Shown in pieces: positions 56,510-64,000 of a DNA stretch of 64,000 nt. How positions within the stretch are numbered: the first letter of the stretch is position 1; each line of letters starts with the position of its first letter. The position numbers were made by a program, and so were the translations under genes. A model generated the notes under the pieces. It did no database searches and was not told the origin of the DNA. It saw only the letters and a list, made by a program, of their open reading frames with translations. Origin of the DNA: a virus (Duplodnaviria; Caudoviricetes); the IMG/VR virus record IMGVR_UViG_3300027754_000037, one strand, 5' to 3'.

Positions 56510-57580
56510 ATGAAAAACGATTTTTCAAAACTGATGCTGATTGGAATCTTATCCCTTGCCTTAGTCTTAATATTTAATCTAAAAACAAAGTCTTACCCTG
56601 AGCCTAAAGTTGCTCAGGTTCCAAAAAAAATAGTTCCTGAAGCAGGACCGCAAACATATCCAGAACCAAAATCTCCACAGATTTCCAACCCTATTCCAAA
56701 ACACCTCTCCTATCCTCAAACCGTCGAACAACTTAAAAATTGGAATAAAGAAGCTCCAGAACTCACAGAAGTTGGCATATACGGCCAATCTAAAAAGGGC
56801 ACAGACCTGTTTTATATTCGAGTCAATAATAAATTAGATAAAAATACCAAACCAGTCATTCTTATTACAGCTTGCATTCACGGAAATGAATCATGGAGCG
56901 CAGGTATCACTATGGGATACTTGGGCAATTTACTCAAGAATTATTCTACCGATCCCAAAATAAAAGCACTCATAAATTCTCGTGATATTTATTTTATTCC
57001 AGTTGTTTCTCCCGACAGTTATACCCAGCAGAGATTTGTTGATGGAGTTGATCCCAACCGTGACTTCCCCACTCCTAAAAACAAAACACACCAAAGCACT
57101 CCCAGCGTTGCTGCACTCCGTGAATTCTACTGGAAAATTAAACCACACGCAGTTTTGTCAGGACACACATACGGCAGGCTTTTTCTCATTCCTTACGGCG
57201 ATCAATATGGGAAAAATTCCAACCAATCTGATTATGATGCGATTGTTGGCAAAATGGCTAAAATGGCCAATTACAAAATGATTCATTGCGTTGAACTTTA
57301 CAAATCACCAATCGACGGTACTGAAGTTGACTGGTTCTATCGAAACGGCAGCTTTGCTGCTGTTATCGAATACGGCACCCACCAACACAAACCCAGTCTG
57401 CAAGAAATTAAAGACGAACTTAAGTGCACCCAAGATGCAATTACATATTTCATAGAAAAATCACCAGATATCAAAATTACTACGGTAGATAATGAAATTG
57501 ACTTTAGCCAGAACACAGGAATTGCAAAAGAATATCACCGCAACTCCGATGGTGCTCTAAAATCAATTAATCCTCACTAA
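56510..57580 (+). CDS. Membrane-anchored/secreted M14 zinc carboxypeptidase
   Basis: AGGAGG RBS, TM anchor; ACIHGNE (HxxE), VDPNRDF, SGHTYG, VIEYG. Confidence 0.9.
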   Translation: MKNDFSKLMLIGILSLALVLIFNLKTKSYPEPKVAQVPKKIVPEAGPQTYPEPKSPQISNPIPKHLSYPQTVEQLKNWNKEAPELTEVGIYGQSKKGTDLFYIRVNNKLDKNTKPVILITACIHGNESWSAGITMGYLGNLLKNYSTDPKIKALINSRDIYFIPVVSPDSYTQQRFVDGVDPNRDFPTPKNKTHQSTPSVAALREFYWKIKPHAVLSGHTYGRLFLIPYGDQYGKNSNQSDYDAIVGKMAKMANYKMIHCVELYKSPIDGTEVDWFYRNGSFAAVIEYGTHQHKPSLQEIKDELKCTQDAITYFIEKSPDIKITTVDNEIDFSQNTGIAKEYHRNSDGALKSINPH

Positions 57581-58165
57581 ATTCTGAGTCATAAGATAAA
57601 GATAACGCTCATAGGAATCCCTCAAAACATTCATCTCCTTGGGCGTTATCGCATCTAAATTGAATGTTCTCTGAAAAGGAATCAATAAATTTGGATCAAA
57701 ATTGATACTTGTTTTTAGTCCTAAATATTTCTCAAGCAAACCAATACCACGACTACTTGCCAAATCATCATATGTCAATAACAATGACCCCGATGATTTT
57801 TTTGACATTTCATAAAGTCTGCGTAACCTAAAACTGTAATACCTGCAAGCAAATGATGGATTTCTTTTTTCGTTGCCAATCATATAGCCCATCACAGCTT
57901 CCGGTTCTCTCAACACAAATATTAACTTGCAGTAATCATAAGCCGATTTGGTACTAATTTGATGATTCCTTACAACCTCGTCCAAAAAAATTGCTGATTT
58001 ATTGCCTAATTTATGATGATTTTTTGTTAGATAATAGAAATTCAAGGGGCTTTCATATCTGTTTTTGTTTCTAAAACCCTGAATCCTAATATGATCATTC
58101 AACGACTCATATAAGGCTGTCGATCCTGAATACTCATGACTGCAAATTAAAACTATTTTTTTCAT
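57563..58165 (-). CDS. Sulfotransferase-fold protein, divergent
   Basis: IVLICSHEYSGSTALYESLNDH, IFVLREP, LLLTYDDL, LEKYLGL. Confidence 0.6.
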   Translation of the reverse strand: MKKIVLICSHEYSGSTALYESLNDHIRIQGFRNKNRYESPLNFYYLTKNHHKLGNKSAIFLDEVVRNHQISTKSAYDYCKLIFVLREPEAVMGYMIGNEKRNPSFACRYYSFRLRRLYEMSKKSSGSLLLTYDDLASSRGIGLLEKYLGLKTSINFDPNLLIPFQRTFNLDAITPKEMNVLRDSYERYLYLMTQNLVRIN

Positions 58166-58236
58166 AATGTCCTTTGGAAGAAAAATACCTTTACTTTGAT
58201 AACTAAAACAAGCGTGATTATGCAAGGGAACTAAAA

Positions 58237-61200
58237 ATGGCTCCGTTATGGTCTGATTTTTTCAAGCTTTTTTCCTACTCCAGCGAAGCCGATCCGCTCG
58301 CTCGCCGTAAAGATCCCCGTCAATTCAGTTCCGCAGGCATCAGCCAACCAGAAGCTATCGGCGCAGATATCAACAATCCGCAGAATGTAAGCGGAGGACT
58401 CAGCAGCTACCGCCAAACAAATGACATGATTGACACCACTACGCTGTCAAATCGTGCTATGCGTTATAAAGAGTATGAAAGACTTCGTAATGTTCCAGAA
58501 ATCGAAGCTGCCATGACCGTCTTTGCAGACGAATCTTGTGTTGCCGGTAACACTAAAATTGCCACTCCCTTTGGATTTATCACCATCAAGGAGCTCACAG
58601 AAAAAAGAGCCGACGAAAGATTTCTTGTTTATTGCTATGATTTTGAGAAAAAAGACTACACCTTGGGCTGGGCATACTCTCCACGAATCGTAAAGCGTGC
58701 CCCCACCATCACAGTCGTCCTCGATGATGGATCAACATTCACAGCCACAGAAGACCACCGTGTTCTGAAAAAAGACGGTACTTGGTGCGAAACAGGAGAC
58801 CTTGAAGTCGAAGATGAACTCATGCCCTTTTACCGTGTGAAAGCCAGCCAAAATCACACCAGACTGAGAACAGCACAATACCCCAGAATCTACACCAAAA
58901 ATAAAGGCTGGATTCACGAAAGACAATTTGTAGACGACTGGAGAACAGGCAAAATAACTCCAAAAATGCAAGCCGTAAATCTGGGATGTAGACTATACGC
59001 AGATGGACTTAAAACTGTACAAGTCGCTGAAAGACTTGGACACGATTGGAGAACAGTTGGAGAATGGCTCGCACGAGAGGGATTTACTACCAAGGAAATT
59101 AAAAGACTCAATCGATTTGAAAAAGAAAGAAGAATCATAGGCATCGAACCCGGACCAGTTCAGGATGTCTACGACCTCTCCGTCGAAAAACACATGTGCT
59201 TTGCCACCGATAGCGTCATTCTCCACAACTGCCAGAAAGACGAAAATGGCAATATTATCAAAATTACCACGGAAAACCAAGATATAAAAGATGAGATTGA
59301 TTTTCTGCTCATGAACCGCAAAATGCTCAACCTCAACAGAAATGCATGGGTTTGGTTCAAAAATCTCTGCATTTCAGGTGACTATTTTGTTGAACTCGTA
59401 ATCAATCCAGAAAATCCCAAAGAAGGCATATACAGAACCATGCCTCTCCCATGCGAAACAATGTATCGCATCGAAACAGTCAAAGGCAAAATTATTGAAT
59501 ATCAACAAAGCAAAGAAGGACCAGATTATCAAGCCATCGTGCGTGGCTCCGTAAACGATATGACCGATACAGAACTCAACCAAACAACAGCTATACGCTT
59601 TGCACCAAGCCAAATCGTTCACTTCCGAATCGGTGATGATCGCAAAACCTTCTATCCCTACGGCCAATCCCTAATCGAACCAGCCCGTGGACCAGCACAT
59701 AGTCTCAGAATGCTAGAAGATGCTATGGTTGTGTATCGACTTTGCCTTGTTGGCGATACAGTCATAAGTTTACAAAACGGAACAAAAAATATTCGTGATA
59801 TCAAGGTTGGCGACACAGTCCTATCCTACGATTGCGACGGAAAATTGATTCCAACCAAAGTCGTTTGTCATGTTAACAACGGAATTCAAAATGTTTTCTC
59901 AGTCAATAGCAAGCACATTGAAATCGTTGGAACAGCAACACATCCCTTACTCGTTAATCGTCAAGGCGTATTGCAATATGTCGATATTCAAGATTTGATT
60001 CCAAAAACCGACAAGCTCATTTGCGTTACAAGAAATGACAATGTATTGACGCAAATACCCAAGTCTACTAAAGAACCTTGGGCCAAACTTTCCTCAGAAA
60101 TGCGAACCGCATTTAGAAATGGAAATTATGAAAATATTTCCAAACTTCTCAAAAATTGCAAAGTAAAAGATAACAGAGCCAAACAGTTTTTGTATGCCGA
60201 AAGCAAAGCCTTGCCTATCAATTTAGCCAAAAATGTTTGCGATATTTTTGAACTCGATCACTCAAAACTCATCATCACTAAAAAAAGTCAAGTTTATTCT
60301 GAAAAAATCAATCTTCCAAAATTTGTTGATGAAGAATTTGCAAGATTGTTTGGATTCTTGATTGGGGATGGTTCCATTTCAAGAAAATTATGCAGAATTG
60401 TTTTTTCTGCTGGCGAAAAGCAAGAAGTCAATCAAAAGTATGCAGGCCTGCTGCAAAAGTATTTTGGTAAGGTATCATACAACCCAGATAAACGAGGAAA
60501 ATTTGGTAATTACTGCGTCTCATCCGCAAGAGGCGCTGAAATTTTCTTGGAATTGGGCTACATCCCCGGAGCAAAAAACAAAAGAATTCCACAATGGGTG
60601 TTTACATCCAACCCCGAAATTCGCAAAGCTTTTGTAGAAGGAATTAGTGATGCTCATGGTTGCCAAAGAACAACATTCAAGGGAACTTGGTTTTCCACGA
60701 TTGAAATTTGCAACAAAGAACTTGTGAAAGACATCAAAAGCGTTTGGGCATCAATCGGTCTTTCTTCTGGTAAAATTAAAGAAAGACAAAGAAAAGGTGG
60801 TCACGAAATCACCAAAAATAGTTTGATGAAATCTACCACATCACATTCCATAACAATAAGCGAAAAAGAATTGCCTCAGTATGAAAATGTTTGTAGCATC
60901 ACGCCCTGTGGTCAAGAAGAAGTTTATGACATCACGGTAGACAATGAACTACACAATTTCATAGCAAACGGTACACCTACCCATAACACACGGGCACCTG
61001 AAAGAAGGGTTTTTTATATTGATGTTGGCCAATTGCCTCCTTTCAAAGCTGAAGCTTTTATGGACCGCATCAAGGATCAATTCCGCAAAAGAAAAGTCAC
61101 TAGCAACAGCGGAAGTCCCGGAGCAAACCAAGTTGAAGAAAAATGGATGCCTCCAGCACAAGACGAAGACTACTGGTTGCCAATTCGTCCAAATAGCAAC

Positions 61201-62013
61201 ACAAGAATCGATACACTACCCGGTGCTGAAAATCTGGGAGAAATCGATGATGCAGTTTATTTCCGAAATAAACTCCTCACGGCTCTCAACTTTCCCAAGA
61301 ATTACTTCAACAATGAAGACCCCGGCGCTACAAGAATTACCCTCTCAGCACAAGATGTTAAATTTGCTCGCATGATCGAGAGACTTCAAAGCTACTTTGA
61401 AGACGGAATCATGGAAATAGCAGAAAGACACCTTCAACTCAGAGGATACCCAGAAGATAGCTACAAGGACCTCCGTATCAAAATGACCCCTCCAAGCGAT
61501 TGGAGAGAACTCTCAAGAGCAGAAGTTGTAAATGCCCGATACGGCAATGCCGGAACACTCAAAGGCAGTCAGTTAATGTCAGATTTTGACATCATGACAA
61601 AAATCCTCAAATATAACCAAGATGATGCCGACGAAATGCTGGCACGCCTCAAAATCCAAAAGCTTGAAGACCTCAAACTGCAAGTATTGGCCCAAAATCC
61701 ACAACTTCTGGGTGTTGGAATCCCAAGTGCCGAAGGCCAAGACCAAGAACTTGGTGCAGAAGCAGGTGGACCTAACTCTATGCCAGAACCCGGAGGCGAA
61801 GGAACTCCACCTGAAGGAGAACTTCCTCCTGAAGCACCGCCCGAGGGCTTGCCAGTACCATCCGAAGGACCGCCATCAGAAAAGGCTGGTACGGCAGAAC
61901 CAGTCAGCATCGCTGAACCCACAGATGATGATATCAAGAAATATGATCTGGAATTACAAGGTTTCGATATTGAATCCGACCTTGAAGACATCGACTTCAG
62001 CGTGAGGAGCTAA
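58237..62013 (+). CDS. Portal protein (T4 gp20-like) carrying two inteins; mature size about 612 aa
   Basis: LRMLEDAMVVYRL|TRAPERRVFYIDVG, QDEDYWLPIR, GAENLGEIDDAVYFRNKLLTALNFP. Confidence 0.96.
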   Translation: MAPLWSDFFKLFSYSSEADPLARRKDPRQFSSAGISQPEAIGADINNPQNVSGGLSSYRQTNDMIDTTTLSNRAMRYKEYERLRNVPEIEAAMTVFADESCVAGNTKIATPFGFITIKELTEKRADERFLVYCYDFEKKDYTLGWAYSPRIVKRAPTITVVLDDGSTFTATEDHRVLKKDGTWCETGDLEVEDELMPFYRVKASQNHTRLRTAQYPRIYTKNKGWIHERQFVDDWRTGKITPKMQAVNLGCRLYADGLKTVQVAERLGHDWRTVGEWLAREGFTTKEIKRLNRFEKERRIIGIEPGPVQDVYDLSVEKHMCFATDSVILHNCQKDENGNIIKITTENQDIKDEIDFLLMNRKMLNLNRNAWVWFKNLCISGDYFVELVINPENPKEGIYRTMPLPCETMYRIETVKGKIIEYQQSKEGPDYQAIVRGSVNDMTDTELNQTTAIRFAPSQIVHFRIGDDRKTFYPYGQSLIEPARGPAHSLRMLEDAMVVYRLCLVGDTVISLQNGTKNIRDIKVGDTVLSYDCDGKLIPTKVVCHVNNGIQNVFSVNSKHIEIVGTATHPLLVNRQGVLQYVDIQDLIPKTDKLICVTRNDNVLTQIPKSTKEPWAKLSSEMRTAFRNGNYENISKLLKNCKVKDNRAKQFLYAESKALPINLAKNVCDIFELDHSKLIITKKSQVYSEKINLPKFVDEEFARLFGFLIGDGSISRKLCRIVFSAGEKQEVNQKYAGLLQKYFGKVSYNPDKRGKFGNYCVSSARGAEIFLELGYIPGAKNKRIPQWVFTSNPEIRKAFVEGISDAHGCQRTTFKGTWFSTIEICNKELVKDIKSVWASIGLSSGKIKERQRKGGHEITKNSLMKSTTSHSITISEKELPQYENVCSITPCGQEEVYDITVDNELHNFIANGTPTHNTRAPERRVFYIDVGQLPPFKAEAFMDRIKDQFRKRKVTSNSGSPGANQVEEKWMPPAQDEDYWLPIRPNSNTRIDTLPGAENLGEIDDAVYFRNKLLTALNFPKNYFNNEDPGATRITLSAQDVKFARMIERLQSYFEDGIMEIAERHLQLRGYPEDSYKDLRIKMTPPSDWRELSRAEVVNARYGNAGTLKGSQLMSDFDIMTKILKYNQDDADEMLARLKIQKLEDLKLQVLAQNPQLLGVGIPSAEGQDQELGAEAGGPNSMPEPGGEGTPPEGELPPEAPPEGLPVPSEGPPSEKAGTAEPVSIAEPTDDDIKKYDLELQGFDIESDLEDIDFSVRS
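58537..59229 (+). mobile_element. Intein 1 (231 aa) with no intact homing endonuclease; HTH-like insert
   Basis: Starts CVAGNTKI, has a TATEDHRVL block B, ends VYDLSV...ILHN; the +1 residue is Cys. Confidence 0.93.
59743..60987 (+). mobile_element. Intein 2 (415 aa) with a LAGLIDADG homing endonuclease domain
   Basis: Starts CLVGDTVI, TATHPLL block B, LFGFLIGDG and FVEGISDAHG motifs, ends VYDITV...PTHN; the +1 residue is Thr. Confidence 0.95.
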
Positions 62014-62267
62014 TGGATCAGACACCCTTGCAACAACTCATGAGCCTTGTATTTAAAAACAAAAGACTCGTCCAGCAGTCAACACAAGCTGGATGTATCT
62101 TTTGTTGCAAGGTATACGAAAGCAAAGACATCACAAAATACACGGATAATGATCAAACATGCCTATGTCCAAACTGCGGTACTGATGCCGTGCTGGGAGA
62201 CATGGGAGGCTACACAATCAACGAGGAAAATCTAAAAAAAGCCAATCAATACTGGTTCAAATACTAA
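62013..62267 (+). CDS. Small zinc-finger protein
   Basis: AGCIFCCKVY...CLCPNCGTDAVLG. Confidence 0.75.
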   Translation: MDQTPLQQLMSLVFKNKRLVQQSTQAGCIFCCKVYESKDITKYTDNDQTCLCPNCGTDAVLGDMGGYTINEENLKKANQYWFKY

Positions 62268-62623
62268 TTTGTATCGCTAGAGTAACCGTCCGCTGAATGA
62301 GGGGCCAAAGCATCAGGCTCCTGACCAGTCTTGTCTCCAAGTCCCTTCTCCGTGAAGTGAGGATTCATTTTTGGACGCATATCCTGAAAACTATCCAACT
62401 TGTGACGAGTCAATATGGCCTTGATATCGGGATCGTTGCGGTATTGGTTCAGAAAACTTATAATAATTTCAGGCCTTGTGTCGATAATTCTTTTCAAAGC
62501 ATCCATAGCTATATCTAAGTTCTGTTTCGACTGAGGATCATAACCATTGTGGTCCTTGGAGCTTGACTCACCGTCATATGCTGCCACTTCCTTCTGGACA
62601 ACAAACTCCTCAAATGTTTTCAT
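62264..62623 (-). CDS. Hypothetical protein (possible internal head protein)
   Basis: N-terminus MKTFEEFVVQKE closely matches the T4 internal-protein capsid-targeting sequence. Confidence 0.75.
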   Translation of the reverse strand: MKTFEEFVVQKEVAAYDGESSSKDHNGYDPQSKQNLDIAMDALKRIIDTRPEIIISFLNQYRNDPDIKAILTRHKLDSFQDMRPKMNPHFTEKGLGDKTGQEPDALAPHSADGYSSDTN

Positions 62624-62823
62624 ATTTTTCCTCAAATTTAAGTCCAATTGCATACTTATATACTAGAAGGATTTAAAAATAACGATTATTGGTGCGAATT
62701 TGACTCTTGAGGTATACATACTGTCATTAAGAAAGCAATTGTGTTTCTTTGGAACATAAGCAAGTAAGCGCCGTAACGCATGAGTATTCAGACTTTAACA
62801 AGCATAGAGGGAGTCAATTGATT

Positions 62824-64000
62824 ATGAAAAGAACACTAATCAGCTTCGATAACTTCAAGAAAATCGAAGAAAATTCACTAACAAAAGCTCAACAGGAATT
62901 GATTGAAGCAGCAGAAACGCTTGCAAAAACCTTGGGACTCGAAAGTCTCGAACTTCATACATTCGGTGAGTCTGATGTTACCTACCAGTCCAACGATGGT
63001 AATTTTATCCACGCCACATACACCATGACTGACAACGAAGTTTTTCTGGAAAACATCCAGATGCTCGTTATCGAAGAGGAGTCCGAGAAGAGCTTCGCTC
63101 GTGAAACAATCAGTAATATGATCGACAATATCCTTGAAAATAAGGATCACGAAGCAAATAGCATGTTCGAGACCTACATGAGTATGCCCTTCGTTCGTCG
63201 TGAATTGATGGTCAACGAGGCATTCAAGGTCACAATTTCCAAGCCAACAGGCAAGAAGTCTCCCCTCAAGGGTCGCAAGCAAGACCGCTCACTCGTTGCA
63301 AAGCGTGCCCGTGCTCGCAAAGCAACCATTGCTGCAATGAGCCCAAGCGAGCGCAAGAAGCTTGGCCGTCACCGTGATCAAGCTTCCGGCAAACTTAGCG
63401 GTAGCACTAACCCCCGCTGGAGAGTCTACGCTCGCAAGATCAAGCCAAAGACCATGAAAGAATGGTGCACGATGTGCGAGAATGTACTCGGATACATCGA
63501 CTTCAAGACCACAGGCGCTGTCTTGAACGAGTCCGCTATCAAAACCGACGAGCGTGGAAATGTCGTAGCAATCGCCCTGCCCACCCAAAACAAGCGCAAC
63601 GAGGGCAAGATTATCTCCATGAACTTCAAGACGATGGACACCGAACTCAAAGTCCTTCGCTCCAGCATGAAGAAAATCAGCGAAGACCAAATTTTCGTCA
63701 AGGCTATGGCCGACCTCAAGCGTTATAACAACATCTCTGACAACACCGCTCTTGAGGAAACCCTCGAAGCTATCGTTAGCCGTTGGCCCAACCTGCTGTA
63801 CATAACCGAGACAGAACTGGCCGAGCAAATCACACTCGCACTCGAGTCCGCAAGCCTCAGCAACTATGACGATGCAACCTGCTCCTTCATGGCCGAAGCC
63901 ATCCTCCGCACGGCCCACAACGCCTTCACAGACAAGGTCCGCAAGATCGGACAACTCGCTGGAGCCCAAAGCGATGTGAGCTCCGAATGCAGAGATTGCG
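62824..64000 (+). CDS. Partial CDS running off the right edge; probable prohead core/scaffold protein
   Basis: Absent from the ORF track. Manual translation MKRTLISFDNFKKIEE... is open to the window end, with a basic KRARARK segment, strong C-ending codon bias, GGGAG RBS and a post-portal position. Confidence 0.65.
   Translation, partial: MKRTLISFDNFKKIEENSLTKAQQELIEAAETLAKTLGLESLELHTFGESDVTYQSNDGNFIHATYTMTDNEVFLENIQMLVIEEESEKSFARETISNMIDNILENKDHEANSMFETYMSMPFVRRELMVNEAFKVTISKPTGKKSPLKGRKQDRSLVAKRARARKATIAAMSPSERKKLGRHRDQASGKLSGSTNPRWRVYARKIKPKTMKEWCTMCENVLGYIDFKTTGAVLNESAIKTDERGNVVAIALPTQNKRNEGKIISMNFKTMDTELKVLRSSMKKISEDQIFVKAMADLKRYNNISDNTALEETLEAIVSRWPNLLYITETELAEQITLALESASLSNYDDATCSFMAEAILRTAHNAFTDKVRKIGQLAGAQSDVSSECRDC

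Overview
This window is part of a large, AT-rich, T4-like myovirus (jumbo-phage-type) genome read with the standard code. It holds most of a virion module: DNA end protector, a 2228-aa tape measure protein, baseplate genes (gp48/54-, gp53-, gp27-, gp5-, gp25-, gp6- and gp7-like), tail-fibre/PKD genes, terminase large subunit, a gp20-type portal with two inteins, and a probable prohead core gene running off the right edge. Primase and a PD-(D/E)XK nuclease sit inside the module. Accessory genes include a volactin-like actin ATPase, five peptidases of different classes (two share a C-terminal motif), an Acb1-like 2H phosphoesterase, a ferritin-like protein, a HAD phosphatase paired with a catalytically altered CCA-type nucleotidyltransferase, several divergent glycan-modifying folds, and a very acidic small protein. 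Many genes have TA-N-ATA late-promoter-like elements, and several proteins have T4-like capsid-targeting N-termini. No tRNA, rRNA or CRISPR array was seen. All family assignments come from motifs recognised by eye and from memory, not from database searches.
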